A stretch of DNA of 64,000 bases from Podarcis muralis (Eukaryota). The notes beneath the pieces were generated by a model, which did no database searches, was not told where the DNA came from, and saw only the letters and a list, made by a program, of their open reading frames with translations. Where the stretch lies: NCBI RefSeq assembly GCF_964188315.1, contig NC_135655.1:82274001-82338000 (forward strand). The letters run 5' to 3'. A program made the position numbers and the translations under genes. Within the stretch, counting starts at the first letter, position 1; each line of letters opens with the position of its first letter. Shown piece by piece: positions 24,327 through 38,239 of this stretch.

Positions 24327-24904
24327 GATTTGAACCTTTCCATCCTATGCTCAGGTTATCCTAAATATGCTACAGTCTCTACTAACTTTCTTTCCAGGGA
24401 AATTGAGCTCTCTACTGCAATTGTATTTGATATCTCCTCTAGTCTCTTAAAGTTATTATTTTACATTTTCATGACTCTCCTTTTTATTTTCCAAATTTTA
24501 ATCCATTTGACATAACTGAAAAGCAGCTGGTTACTTTAGATGTCAAATTCCTGATGGAGGGAAATGCCTCATTACAATTAAGATGATCTGTACATGAAAA
24601 CAGAATCTTCACACAGATTGCCTTTTAGAATTGGATCCTGCGTATGCAAAGAGCACTATGTGGCTAATAAAAGCCCACATCCTACATTCAAAGATAAAAG
24701 CATCACTTGAAGATGGAAATCTCCAGAAAAATCTCCAGGAAATGGGAAATGCATTTTCATAGTGTACACTTCCTTGGATTATCTCCTGCTGGCAGTGGAG
24801 TCACCAAGAAGAGATTACAGAAACCCTTAAGGTGGACTTTTGCAAAGATAAAACAAGTCAGGCACAAAGCTTTCCCAAACACAATACTAAGGACAACCTC
24901 TCCA

Positions 24905-25140
24905 AGCTTCGTTCTGGAGGTCTGTTCTTAACCTGAAACTGTTCTTAACCTGAAGCACCACTTTAGCTAATGGGGCCTCCTGCTGCCACTGCGCTGCCAG
25001 AGCACGATTTCTGTTCTCATCCTGAAGCAATGTTCTTAACCCATTTTTCTCTCTCCTGACAGAAGTTAATTTCTGGGTTAGCGGAGTCTGTAACCTGAAG
25101 CATATGTAACCTGAAGTGTATGCAACCCGAGGTACCACTG
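24905..25140. mobile_element. Tigger-like MITE with only the right TIR intact
   Basis: Ends in cccgaggtaccactg|TA; aacctgaa repeats. Confidence 0.7.
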
Positions 25141-25861
25141 TAGTTCATGATAGGATGGTATAGAAATAATTCTATAAACAAATAAATGTATTTTTAAATG
25201 GAAATGCTACATATGTTATGACTGGTCACATGATTTATTTTTGCAACCAGTAAACCTATTGTTTCAGATTTTACTGGGGTCAGCTGCTCATCGTGAACTC
25301 CTATAAGTTATTAAGGAAGAGCTTCCAGAATGAAAGAAGGATATCAAGGAATGCCTAAGAGAAGGGAGGGAAATTGTGGAAACTGAATTACGTTTCTGAA
25401 TGAATACTATTATTGGAGACATGTGGCTTTTGCCTCTATGTTATTGAGACCTTCAGCTCCAGATAATAGTTTACCAGCCTAAGACTGGGCTCAAGTTGGC
25501 AATAACTGAATGATTTATATGGCTTGAGTCCTTGGTCTAAGGCATTTAATCGAGCAGGAGCAGATTCAACCAAAAATGTGGTGATTTAGAATTGATTAAT
25601 CTTTTTAAAATAATATACTTTTCAAAAATAAATACATTGCCAAAAGAGACCCACCAACTAAATAACTGTAGGATTTGACAGAGTGCCAGCTTTGCCATTG
25701 CCATGAGAGATACACTGATGGTACACTGATGAATTCACCAGTGGAGTCAATATAGCTCCACTGTATATATTTATATGTTTTGTGGTTTTATATTCTGATT
25801 TTGTTATGTGAACTGCCCTGAGACCTTTGGGTATAGGGTGGTATATAAATTCAATAAAATA

Positions 25862-26365
25862 AATAAATCTGTACACTGCCCTTTATCCAAAGATCACAGA
25901 GTGGTTCAAAACATAAAAATACAAAGTGGGAACACAAAATACATCATCATCATCATCATCATCATCAACCCAAACCAATAACCCCACTTCTAAAAGCACA
26001 TTTAAAAGGTCACAGAATGTTAATCAGCCAATGGTTGTAGAGGAATGTTTTCACTTGTCGCCTAAAGATATATAATGAAGACGCCAGGCGGGCCTCCCTG
26101 GGGAGAGCATGCCACAAAAGGGGAGCCACTGCTGAAAAGGCCCGTTCTTGTGTTGCCATCCTCTGGACCTCTCTGGAAACGACCATCCAAGTAGTACCAG
26201 AACCACTGCAAAATGGTGCTACCCACCCCTAACTCGGACAGCTGCTCCAGAAGTATACCATGGTCAAAGGTATTGAAAGCCACTGAGAGATCAAGGAGAA
26301 CTGACAGGGACACAATTCCCCTGTCTCTCTCCTGACAGAAGTCGTAATCCAGGGCAACCAAAGCA
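25862..26365 (-). mobile_element. Internally deleted L2 fragment, tail-to-tail with another L2 tail (25770-25866)
   Basis: LLDLSVAFNTFDHGILL..L..LGV RT motif joined directly to 3'-end sequence. Confidence 0.7.
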
Positions 26366-26746
26366 GTTTCTGTGTCAGAACTGGGCCTAAACCCTTATTG
26401 AAATGGATTTCATTTCAAAAGAAATGATCGAAATGTATTAAAACGTACACTTTAAGATAAAATATATTTAGAGGCACACATTTGACTGAACATTTTCTTG
26501 CAGATTTTTCAGAAGAAATATATTAGCAGATTAATGGGGAAAGGGCATTTTGAGTGAGCACATGTGGAAGTGACATGGACTAGAAAGAGATTGATTTATC
26601 TATCCATCCCTACATTGAGGCTCTTCCGTCTTATCTCCTGTGCTGCTTTCTAGCATCACCTCCTTTTGGCCATTCCAGGCATACACACAACACATTCTAT
26701 TCTTGGCTTGAATAAAATACATTAGGAAGAATGTCCTAAATATCCA

Positions 26747-27691
26747 TCAGCGGACGACAACAATTCTTTCTGTTGTTCTCTTCAGAGCATCTTTCACCTC
26801 CTTGTTTCTCAGGCTATAGATCAGAGGATTGAGCATAGGAATCACCAGTGTGTAGAAAACGGAAGCTATTTTATCCGTTGCTAGAGAGTGGTTTGTACTA
26901 GGTTGCAAATACATAAAGATCAGAGTTCCATAGAAGATGGTGACAGCAGTCAAGTGAGAAGCACACGTGGAGAAGGCTTTGAGTCGTCCCTGAGCAGAGC
27001 TGATTCTCAGAATGGCTGAGAGGATAAACGTATAAGAGATGAGAACAATGAGAAGGGAGCATAGCATATCAAAACCAGCAAAAGCGTAAATCAGTATCTG
27101 CTTGGTGCTGGTGTCAGAGCAAGAAAGGGCTAACAACGGGAGGTCATCGCAGTAGAAATGGTTGATCACATTAGCAGAGCAGAAGGACAAACGAAATGTA
27201 ACTATGGTGTGGAACAAGGCAACACAGAAGCTGTATGCATAAGGGCCAGCTGCCAGCTGGATGCAGACTCTCTGGGACATGATGATCCGATAAAGCAGTG
27301 GATTGCAGATGGCCACGTAACGGTCATATGCCATCACCGCCAGGAGAAAGCACTCTGTGATCATGAAAGTAAGGAAGCAGCCCAGCTGTGCTGCGCACGC
27401 GTAGTACGAGATGGTTTTCTTAGCTGCTAAGAAGTTTGCCAGCATCTTAGGGGCAATGACAGAGGAATAGCAGAGGTCAACAAAAGCCAAGTGGCTGAGG
27501 AAGAAGTACATGGGGTTATGGAGGTGGCTATCAGTCCGGATTAGAAGGATGATCCCAAGATTCCCCATCACAGTGATAACGTAGATCAGGAGGAAGATGA
27601 CAAAGAGGGGGACTTGTAGGTCCGAGCGGTCGGTGAGTCCAAACAGAATGAACTCCTTCACTGTGGTCACGGTGTGATTGGCATCTGCCAT
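26747..27691 (-). CDS. OR8U-like: Olfactory receptor, OR8U-like (314 aa)
   Basis: Intact ORF. TM3 [22 protein letters not shown] and HFYCDD.PLL match recalled mammalian OR8U1. Confidence 0.95.
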   Translation of the reverse strand: MADANHTVTTVKEFILFGLTDRSDLQVPLFVIFLLIYVITVMGNLGIILLIRTDSHLHNPMYFFLSHLAFVDLCYSSVIAPKMLANFLAAKKTISYYACAAQLGCFLTFMITECFLLAVMAYDRYVAICNPLLYRIIMSQRVCIQLAAGPYAYSFCVALFHTIVTFRLSFCSANVINHFYCDDLPLLALSCSDTSTKQILIYAFAGFDMLCSLLIVLISYTFILSAILRISSAQGRLKAFSTCASHLTAVTIFYGTLIFMYLQPSTNHSLATDKIASVFYTLVIPMLNPLIYSLRNKEVKDALKRTTERIVVVR

Positions 27692-28861
27692 TTATTCCGC
27701 ATCAGATCATCTGGTTAAACAGGGCATGATTAAATCAGGGGAGAATTTCACTTATCTCTGACAGGCAGAAAACATACAGTAGTGTTATCTCAGCATATGT
27801 GGATGATATTTTTTTCCTGGTGGGTACTTTTTAAAAATACTGTCTTGTTTCTGTAGGTGTTCCGTTTTAAGTTCTGATGTGGTAAACATTGTCATGCAAT
27901 CACAATGTCACCACCAGCTGAAATCATTGTTTGAGAAATGTTATGTGTTTCTGATCTGCATAACCACCACCACCCCAACCCTAAGAGGTTGCCTGGGTTC
28001 AGAAAGCATTTCTTGACCTTCTTGCCAGATAAACCCCATGACTGAACACGGGTAGCTTAAACTCTGTCTCCTTATACGTTTTTTTTTTTTTGTCATCTGG
28101 GGTCAGGAAGGCAATAGAAATGCTGCCCATTTTGATACATTTCTGTATTTCCTCCTTAGAATAAGGTGTGTAATATATCCATTGTACACAGCAGGGAAAT
28201 GTTCAAATGTAAATACACCACACAGCAAAAGTGATCAGGGTGGAGGAGTGGTGGCACTTGCCTAACCTTCTGTGACTGGTGTTGCTGTGGGTTACTGGGA
28301 GAGGTGAGGTGGTGGGGAGGTTGGTGTGGTGCAAACACACAGCTATGAAGCCAATCTGATACTCCTGTTGGTGGATTTATATCTTGGCAACCTCTCCTTC
28401 CCAGTAAGCTGCACTGGTGTCCGTGATAAGAGGTCATGTAAGTGCCACCCCTCCTCCCCACCAACCATCATGGCCATACAGGTACACTGAAAAGGTTGGT
28501 TGTAGCAACCTTTTGAGTGCACAGGTGACAAAATTGGACATGCTGCTACATAAAGTGTGACATGGTCCGTAGCAGCACCTTATTCTTGCCAGCAGGGCAG
28601 CTTTTTCAAACTGCCTTTCTAACAAAGCTGATCCCACATGAACGCCACCTCCCAATCAGGTTTTTGCTTGAATCATAACACACCTGACACTTTTATGAAG
28701 AATCTCTAGGCAAGTAGATCCTCGGCCATATTGTTAGGGGATGCACGGGGAATTTTGTCTTTTGTGATTTGCTCTGAATTTCTTAGACTGGATAATTTTT
28801 GCACTTCTCTGAATTTCGCAACACTGCTCTCTGCAATTTAAGGGTATCAAAGTACATTTAG

Positions 28862-28863
<2 letters not shown>

Positions 28864-28946
<83 letters not shown>
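28864..28946. repeat. Compound (CA)n(GA)n microsatellite
   Basis: Seen directly. Confidence 0.95.
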
Positions 28947-28949
<3 letters not shown>

Positions 28950-30085
28950 CGTATAGAAATATACACCAACACATATATAAATGCATTTTTGTGTGGAATT
29001 TTACAAAAAGAAATGGCTGATTAATGGAATCAGCCTATGGAACAGATTTATGGATGACACAAATGAGAAACAGATTGGTTCTTCCATCTTCAGATATATC
29101 ATACTTCTATTCTTATTTCCTGGACAAATCCCATTTTTCACCGTAAGGGGTGCTATTCCACCCTGCGCTGCTCAATGTCTGAAGGATGTATCTCTCTGTA
29201 TCTATACATAAAAAATGTATCTATCTACATATACGAAGATGTTAAATACTAAGATCTCATATAAAGAAATGCACATTCACTCCCAAAGTGCCAGAAGAAA
29301 TATAGTTATGAACTGAGCGATACTTTGCACTTGTCACTCTTCCTGCAGAGAGGTAAAATTCACCCTTCCTGGGAGAAAGTGGAGCAAAGTTGTGGCTGAA
29401 GAATGTGACAGTGTCCATTTTTTGCCACCACTAACCATGCTGAGGCACTTCTGCACTGACTGCTTCCCCATCTCATGGATAAAAATATACTCTCCTCCGG
29501 TCTTCCTCGTTCACAACAGGTTACACATTTTTTTAAACATGGAAATTATCCCCTTGTAGAACAATGCTGATTTGGTTCTTGGTTAAAGTAGCCAGCTGCC
29601 CAACCTACCAGAGTGTCCATTTCCTTGTTCTTTTATGCACTCTGAATGGGTCCCCTGACTGCTTTCAAGCTCTTTATGTGTGTATCTGTCCCTCTAGCAT
29701 TCTGCCTCATATTCCGCCTGTAGGAGTTTTGATCCTTAGGGATATCTCCAAATGAGCTGTTGAAATAAACATGTGCCATGTAATCATGCTTCTTTATATG
29801 ATGGAATCCTCTTCTTACCAACTGGTAAGTGCAGAATTCAACCTTGCATGGTATTGCTCCTTCCCAAGGAGTTTCCCTTAAGGGCAGGTGCTTGTGAACG
29901 AGCAACACTGAGCTCAGTGGAATGTTTTGCTTATCAGATGGTAAGTGCAGGATTCAACCCTGCATTTTGCACTCACAAACATGCAGGACCTTTCATTCAG
30001 TCAGGAGAGGGGGAAAAGAGATGCAGCTTATCCCCCCCCCCCCGCTCAACCATATGTTTACTTAGGTTTTTAAAAACCCTAAGTA

Positions 30086-30403
30086 CAGGACCATCTTTAG
30101 CATATGCGCCGTTGGGGTACAAAGATCCGCCCAGCGCCCCCAAATTTAGTTTAGCCATCCCCTAATTAACTTTTAATGAGCTTTTTTGGGGACGGGGAAG
30201 CTAAAGTTGTTGACATTTTGGGGGGGTGTGTGAACTCAAAGTTATTGAACTTTTTTTGGGAGGGGGGAAACGCTCACCTATAACAACCTTTTCACTGCCA
30301 CTGATCAAGAGAGACCAGTATACAGTAGGCATACATTTGGCGCCCCCCAGAATTAGATGCCTGGGTGCCCCACACCCCTTGCACCCCCTTAAAGACAGCC
30401 CTC
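30086..30403. mobile_element. hAT MITE
   Basis: caggaccatcttta...taaagacagccctc ends; perfect TSD cctaagta at 30078-30085 and 30404-30411. Confidence 0.75.
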
Positions 30404-31191
30404 CCTAAGTAGCCCTGCCCCTGAATCAGAGGCGCCAGCTTGCAAGGCCAGTGTTGCATGTGTGACATATGTGTGATGTCAAGAGGTCAAGGGCGGAGCC
30501 AAATATGGTGACCATGCAGCTTCAATGGCTGGTGGCTTCTCCTCCACTTCCTCTTGGTACCACCACTGATGGGAGGCTGCTTCAAACCTTCTCCCCCTCG
30601 GCAACAGCAGCAGGAGGAGAATGAGTCGACCACTGGAGTTGTGCAACACTCATCTCCATGCTCCACCTCTGCACTTTTTGGACATTGGAGGAAGCCCCCA
30701 CTCCCAAAATATAGGGAGGGCAAAAGGGCTCAGCCCCCAGGAGCTGGCACCGCTGCCTTTAATTGATCAGGGACCAGATTTTGGGTGGATGACCCTTTGG
30801 CAGGTCTGCCAAATCCAGGGAATCTAGATTAAGGCCCTGATACAGTTTCAGAGTTTGTGTGAGTCTAAAATGTGACTTGTCATTCTATTTTGAAACAAGA
30901 CAAGGCTAGGTAGGAATGTTTGGTCCTAAGTGCTATCTGTGACTTTTTTGTACATAGAATGAATGGGCTGAACATATTTTTTATATATTGCTGAGTATTA
31001 TAACATTTAAATTAAAAAGAGATGCTGCTTTATAATGAATCAGAGCAGCAATCCAGCAGCCCCCTTTTAAGATTCCGAGAAAACTTTGGAGATTCTGTGG
31101 TTTAAACAATGAGACAGAACCAGGAAAGCAAAGTGCACCAAAGGGGAGTAGAAAACAGCAGCCATTTTGGACTACAAGACTTCCTATAGAG

Positions 31192-31327
31192 CAGTGTTTC
31201 CCAAACTTGGGTCTCCAGCTGTTGTTGGGCTACATCTCCCATCATCCCTAGCTAGCAGGACCAGTGGTCAGGGATGATGGGAATTGTAATCGAAAAACAG
31301 CTGGAGACCCAAGTTTGGGAAACACTG
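31192..31327. mobile_element. hAT MITE (hairpin)
   Basis: TIR cagtgtttcccaaacttgggtctccagctg; TSD ctatagag/ctgtagag. Confidence 0.88.
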
Positions 31328-31475
31328 CTGTAGAGCTTGGTGTCCAAATAACTCATTCATCAATCACAGCTCTGACTGCACACATGGATTAAAAACATTG
31401 AAAGGCAGGAGCAGCCTGGTGACTCATTTCATAGAAATTGCTTAGAAAGTTGCATGTAGAAGGTCTTGGTATTTA

Positions 31476-31717
31476 CAGTGGTACCTCGGTTTTTGAACAT
31501 AATCCATTCTGGAAGACCGTTTGAGTTCTGAAACGTTCAAAAACCAAGGACTCAACAGCCGACAGCTAGGCCTCTGGATCTTGTAGTCAGCGGAGGCTGC
31601 GTGGCATGTTCAACTTCTGAGGTGTGTTCGAAAACTGAAGCATTTACTTCTGGGTTTATGGCATTCGTAAACTGAAATGTTTGTCAACAGAGACATTAAA
31701 AAACCGAGGTACCACTG
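31476..31717. mobile_element. Tigger-like MITE
   Basis: Perfect 19-bp TIR cagtggtacctcggttttt with TA TSD. Confidence 0.9.
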
Positions 31718-31791
31718 TACTTTTTATTAAAAAAAGAAAGCTTAGACTCTAGGCCCCTTGCAAGTCTGGACCCTGATGAGATGACACCATT

Positions 31792-31827
<36 letters not shown>

Positions 31828-32542
31828 TTATGGGGAATTTTCCCAAGGCTCAGGTGAAATTGATGAGTTTAGTCAGCTGCAGACACCCAAGTTCGGAGGC
31901 AGATAGACTAATCCTGAGCCATCCACACCTAGTGTGACTTTCTCTGCTCTGCAGCAAGAGACATAAAGGTGATTGAGAGCCTATAGGGAATCCTCACAAG
32001 AGAATGAATAAATACTCTGTGAGCTCCTCGTCCAAGCTCAACCCTCTGAATGCTGCTGAGGCTCCATTCCATAGGTGAGCTACTAAAGTATGAAAATGGT
32101 GTTCAGGGGACAAGTCCTAGGAATCTCTGGTTGTTGTTGTTGTCATTTGCAATTCATTGAGTACTTTAAAATAGATGTTAGCGGTAGACAGAATGGTGCT
32201 GAGAGTTTAGGATTTTGCTCATTCGCTACAATTAAAAATGCTGCAATCCATAGCTGATTATGCCTTTGGATGGTCAAATACATATCTTTGATAGATTGGA
32301 ATTCCTATTAACTTCCATGTGGGTGGAAGGGATCCAATTTGTGTGTTCTGAGGAATATGTGAGTGGATCAGATTTTTTCCACTGAAAACAAAGAGAGAAG
32401 TAATTTGGTAGGGAAGATAGCATTATACAGGCACCAGTTTCCACATTTGGAAAAGATTGCAGGAGGGCACTAAGTTAAAATCTACCTTCAAAAGGTGTTT
32501 TCATGCAAAATGTGTAGGATTTTAAAAATTAGTAGCACTTTA

Positions 32543-32858
32543 AAAAGGTAAAGGGACCCCTGACCATTAGGTCCAGTCATGACCGACTCTGGGGTTGTGG
32601 CGCTCATCTCGCTTTATTGGCCGAGGGAGCCGGCGTACAGTCATGTGGCCAGCATGACTAAGCTGCTTCTGGCGAACCAGAGCAGCCCACAGAAACACCA
32701 TTTACCTTCCCGCCGGAGTGGTACCTATTTATCTACTTGCACTTTGACGTGCTTTCAAACTGCTAGGTGGGCAGGAGCAGGGACCAAGCAACGGGAGCTC
32801 ACCCCTTCATGGGGATTCAAACCGCCGACCTTCTGATTGGCAAGTCCTAGGCTCTGTG
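32543..32858 (-). mobile_element. Sauria SINE, slightly 5'-truncated
   Basis: TSD tagtagcacttta at 32530-32542 and 32860-32872. Confidence 0.9.
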
Positions 32859-33218
32859 ATAGTAGCACTTTATCTCCAAGTAAAATAAAACATGAAATCT
32901 TTACAGGCCTCAGAAGTAAATAACATTGAGTCTAGTGTGGCTTACCCCTGAATAAATGGGCATCTCCTGAAAATAGAACATTCTGTAATTTGAAGGGAAT
33001 TCTGAAATATCTCCTCCTGAATTTAAAAAGGGTGTAGTTCCACAAATCTCCCTCTTGCACATCATTTGCTCCTAATGACCATATGCAACTGGCAGGATTA
33101 AGGAGATGGAAATTGTCTGACCTCTCCTCCCATCTTCTTCGCTATCTCTCAAAATAGATGGTAGATACTCAGCCTTTTTCTTTCTTTCTGTCCCAGCAGC
33201 TAATCTATAATAAAAAAC

Positions 33219-34154
33219 ATGTCTGTGTGGAATCATTCAAGCACCACTGAGTTTATTCTCCTGGGAATCACAAGCCGAATGGAGCTGAAACTGCCCCTCT
33301 TTTTTCTGTTCCTTCTGATCTACATTGTCACCCTGGTGGGGAACATAGGGATGATCTTGCTCATCAGGAGAGACCCTCGCCTCCACACCCCCATGTACTT
33401 CTTTCTCAGTAACTTGGCTTTTGTGGATGTCAACTATTCCTCAGCCATCACACCCAACATGTTAGTCACTCTCTTGGCAGAGAACAAAAGCATTGGGGTA
33501 ATTGGATGTGCAACTCAGATGTTTATGTTTGTTATATGTGGGAGTTCTGAATGCCTCTTGTTGGCAGTGATGGCGTACGACCGGTATGTGGCTATCTGCA
33601 ACCCACTGCGTTACCCCATCATAATGTCAGGGAAAAGGTGCATGTGGCTAGTAGCTGGTTCCTATTTCCTTGGCAATTCTTACGCAGTTCTACATACAGT
33701 GTTTACCTTCACTCTATCCTTTTGTGGGCCAAATGTGATCAACCATTACTACTGCGACATTCCCCCATTGCTACAGCTTTCTTGTTCAGATACGCACACC
33801 AATGAGACAGTGATATTTGCACAGGTTAGCATAAATTGCGTCGGCACGACGGCAATCATCTTGCTCTCCTATGCCTGTATCTTGGCCACCATTTTGAAGA
33901 TCCATTCTGCCGAGAGCAGGCGCAAGGCCTTTTCCACCTGCACATCCCATCTGACGGTTGTCAGCTTATTCTACGGGGCAATTTTCTTCATGTATCTGAG
34001 GCCCAGCTCCACGTACGCACTAGAGCAAGACAAAGTGGCCTCGCTATTCTACACGGTGGTGATGCCCATGCTGAATCCCCTCATCTACAGCCTGAGAAAC
34101 AAGGAGGTTAAGGATGCATTTTGGAGACTGCTTGGGAAGACACTGCCATTCTAA
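33219..34154 (+). CDS. Olfactory receptor, class II family 5 (311 aa)
   Basis: Intact ORF with [24 protein letters not shown] and [12 protein letters not shown]; NHS sequon. Confidence 0.95.
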   Translation: MSVWNHSSTTEFILLGITSRMELKLPLFFLFLLIYIVTLVGNIGMILLIRRDPRLHTPMYFFLSNLAFVDVNYSSAITPNMLVTLLAENKSIGVIGCATQMFMFVICGSSECLLLAVMAYDRYVAICNPLRYPIIMSGKRCMWLVAGSYFLGNSYAVLHTVFTFTLSFCGPNVINHYYCDIPPLLQLSCSDTHTNETVIFAQVSINCVGTTAIILLSYACILATILKIHSAESRRKAFSTCTSHLTVVSLFYGAIFFMYLRPSSTYALEQDKVASLFYTVVMPMLNPLIYSLRNKEVKDAFWRLLGKTLPF

Positions 34155-35422
34155 AGGACAATTATGGAATAACAAACCAATATAATAATGAACGGGATAT
34201 TCAACTTTCATTCTGTTTACTAAAATTCATTATGCCTTTCAGTTTATTATTGTTGTTGTATTTATATTTTAAGGGCTTGTCCTAATGGTGGTGCAAGTAG
34301 AAGGAGCCTTCCCTAACCAATATTTATCATTTATTTATTTATTAGATTTATATACCACCCTTCATTAAAAGATCTCAGGGCAGTTCACAAGGAGCCTCCC
34401 TTTTGCAGCCTCCTCTACCAAGGACAGATGCATCAGTCATATCTGCATGTTGGTTCAGAAGTCCATTCCATCCCATTTCCAGATTAATTTGCAATTTTTA
34501 CTTTAAAAAATACAAAAGAATTTTTGCATTACAATACATACACATACTTTTATTACAAAATACATATATAAATATTATTTGACCCCAAAATGAGCATTTT
34601 AAATACCTATTTCATCTCATGTTGTGCATTTTAAAGCATATGTTATCCTAAAACACACATTTCTTTCCTGTTTTTGTTTTTATGAAGAACTGTATTGCGA
34701 AATTAAGAGAAGCAGAAAGAAAATTACACTCTGATCTATGTATTATTCCAGAAGACATGGATTAGGTTTGTTCACTTACAAAGTCAGACCAAACAAAATT
34801 CATCTCCAAGGCATCTTAATTTTTTTACATTTTTTAAAATGCCAAAGCAGTCAGTAGGATAGCCATTCTCTACTTTGCAGAGAACAGTTCTCCATTTGAA
34901 GAGTTATCCCAGGACAGCCCTCTAATCTGAAGGGCTACCAATTACATGCTTAGTATATAAAGAACAATCAAGAAGAAAAAGCAGCAGAGGCCTTGAGGTT
35001 GCCTATCAATGGTTAGCTCTTGCACTGCAGTCTAAGTAGACACAGATGCCACCTGGTCACAGTCTTTGCTACTATGGGGAGATGTATTGTATTTCAATTG
35101 TAGTAATTTCCAGATTTGCATCTATACACATTAGCACCTGCAAATGTTATGTGAACCTTTGTCCTACTTCATCCTCTTTATTTTTGTCAGTTTAACAATG
35201 GGTAAGTCACCACCCTGGCTTTAAGTCATGGAATCTGGAGTTGTACAGCCTAAGAATAGGTTTACCTGCTCAAGGAGAGACAGGCTAGCAGCAAATACAG
35301 CTGAATGTGCATTTGTTTATATAAAGAGATATAGCAGAAATGCATCTGCGTATAAGTGTTTATATGCTAATGCTAGAAGCTTCTGAACCTAGATGGGAAA
35401 ACTGAATGCAGCAGAGGAAAGT

Positions 35423-35551
35423 TAGGGCTGCCATACATCCTGACTTTCCAGGACATGCCTTGGAATTAAAAAAAGCACAACCTTTGTTCCCCTAAGAAAA
35501 CGCACCCAAAAAACTCTGTTCTGATTTTCACTTGGAGATATGGCAACTCTA
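35423..35551. mobile_element. hAT-type MITE (tagggttgcc end family) inserted in a CR1 3' end
   Basis: tagggctgccata...tatggcaactcta; TSD ggaaagt. Confidence 0.7.
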
Positions 35552-35666
35552 GGAAAGTGCCTGCTTGTATGCTGCCACAGGCACGTAGCTAGCCACTGGG
35601 AGAACAGGATGCTGGACTAGATGGGTCATTTGCCTGAGCCAGCAGATTCATCTTATGTTCTTATGC

Positions 35667-35802
35667 CAGGCATAGACAAACTTGGCCCTCCAGATGTTTT
35701 GGGGCCACAACTCCCATCATCCCTAGCTAACAGGACTAGTGGTCAGGGATGATGCGAGTTGTAGTCCCAAAACATCTGGAGGGCTGAGTTTGCCTATGCC
35801 TG
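35667..35802. mobile_element. hAT MITE
   Basis: caggcatagacaaact...agtttgcctatgcctg; perfect TSD tcttatgc. Confidence 0.88.
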
Positions 35803-36390
35803 TCTTATGCTACATTTACTCCTATCTGAAAGAGCTGCGGTGGATACCACTATAAACACTATAAACCACTATAAACAATATTGCTTGTTCAAGTAGCTAC
35901 ACACCCAACTAGAAACATGTAATTTGATGTGGTTTTCACACGTGAAACATGGATCTCCAGATTTAGAAAGGATAAAGACTGCAATGTACTTGAACATTCT
36001 GGCCCATGTAATTTTAACATATGCATTACAAACCCAACTGAAGCAAAAGCTCCATTAAGCCTTGTGTGTGGGAACTATATTTATCATGATTTTCCACTGG
36101 TGAATTCCCTGTGATCCACCTATTATGGATACAGGCTCCAGATGGATATGTAAGTTAGTGATGATGATCTATTAATACACTAGTGGTTATTATAGGTAGA
36201 ATGTTTACAAAGATATAATTCCTCTTAGAGACTCATTAAGTTTATGGAAGCAATAATTACTCAAGGCAAATCTTTATTTAGCATTAGGAACAGTGCTTCC
36301 AAATGGTAACAATGATTATGGTCTTAACAAATGATGAGATTGGAGGTCCACAGTGGCCTGCGCTTGCCCAGGCAGGGGCATTATGTGACC

Positions 36391-37300
36391 TGTGAGAACA
36401 GCAAAATAACCAGACTGTACAATGGTGATGGGACAAAATCAGGCCAAATCTTTATTGAAAGCAGCAGGTAGTGCAAGGGTTGCCATGGCATTGGGTCCCA
36501 AGATCAGTTCATTATTCCACAAGCCCCATATTGATGGAATGGATCTGCCGGGTTTGGATCGCTCCAAACCTGTACAATGGGAGTCAGCCGGTGTTGAAAC
36601 TGCCATGGTGCAGGCAGGGTCTCACTGGGAGACCAGGGTGCAGATTCCAACCAGGCAGATACCGAACCCGCACTTGGGATTGCCATGGTCAATTCTCCCC
36701 TCAGGCCCCTTATGCCCCCGCCCATACTATGTTGATCCTGACTAATGCCATTTCCGCCCTCATACAAACAACATTCTTCCGGCTAACAAAGGAAAGCCAT
36801 AATTTCACTGAGGGAAAGGTGAGAAAAGCCCCAACCAAATGCCAATCAATTTGAGAGAAATAAATTCCTTTCTGGTCCTTTCAACCAATGACCCAGAATT
36901 GCTATGTGAAGGCTCTAACCCAAGGGCAGGCAGGTGAGAAGCTCTCAAAGCAAAATGGCTGTGAGCTTCAGGGGAAGCAGCCTTATATAGGCTTTCCCCT
37001 CCCCTCTTCAGCAAGGACTCATGAGGTAGCTTTTTCACACGAGCCCATCACACAGAGAAGATACTGGGCAAAACCTGGCCACAGCCCCACTCGGCAAAGG
37101 GCCCCATGCTTATTGGGCATGGAATGGGGCTTATGTCTGCTTGACAAAGGAAAGGGTGTTTTGGAAACCTGGGAGATGAAGGTTGTGGCCCTACAATTAG
37201 ACAGAGTGAGACAGCCACCTCAGAGGGAAGATGATGAGAGAAGGCAGCGCTCATTCTTCCTGAGACTCACCTGGGATGTTCCCAACTTCCTAAGTCAGTG
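36391..37300 (-). mobile_element. Possible solo LTR-like sequence
   Basis: Minus-strand TATA (about 36985) and AATAAA about 60 bp from a terminal ACA. Other boundary and TSD not found. Confidence 0.3.
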
Positions 37301-38239
37301 CCCTAGTGATGGTGCTTGCTCAATGCTGGTCTGAGTTGACTGGCTTTTCCAGTCAGTTACCCTCTCTGATTGTGTCAAAGATAGGACCTTCAGGAAAAGG
37401 CAGCCAACGTAGTCCACATAGTTTAGCAGGAAAGCACTGCTCTTAATATGTGATGCGTGCTGATGCCATCACTGCTGCATTTGTTGGAGTGGACAGTGAG
37501 CATGTACCGGGTATAGAAATAAGAGAGTGGCAGCAAAGTGTTGAAGGGCAGAGGTGTGTATTCCATGTGTCCTCTCCTGCACTTCCTAAGCTAACCAGCA
37601 GACAATGCTGACCCAGTGTTTTGAAGTAAGATTCAGTTGCTAGTCTGGTTGGCTTCTGTACATGGGGGTGTCTAGGCTGCAAACTATATTGGGCTGGCCC
37701 CGCAAGCGTTATGTAGATTTCTCTAAAGCCCATAGAAGAACAAGGAAGGAAGAAGAAGATGAGGAAGTGCTATAGGAATGAATAACTCATTCTAGAACAA
37801 ATGACTATTCACAACAACCCAGACTAATTGGGCAAGGTATCTTCAGCATCACACTAAAAAGTATATGTGAAACTTAGGGGAGTTAAGTCCCAGAGGTAAC
37901 AGCAAATAATAAATACTATGAGAGGCTCCTCAAGATAGCAGACAATCATGTCCAACAAGCTGGTGCTTCATCTCACAGGGTAAGCTGGCAATTAATCACT
38001 TCTGAGTATGGTATTTAGGGGCCAATGGTTAGCAATCACAAGCATTTTTATTACTAGTGTTAATCACCAATATAGAGACAAACAACATGGTAGCTGCTGT
38101 TGGGAAAATAGATGTAATATCTGCCTGGAGGGCTGGATATTCTACATTGGATAGATAAGGGAGGGTTGATGGGAGACATCAGGAATTGACAATGCACGGC
38201 AGGAAGCAGCAGCAGAAAGTAAATTGATGGTAGAGGAGA

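Noticed and set aside
27995-28130. Imperfect hairpin upstream of the OR8U-like gene
   Set aside because: Probably a decayed MITE; no TSD and no evidence for a structured RNA.
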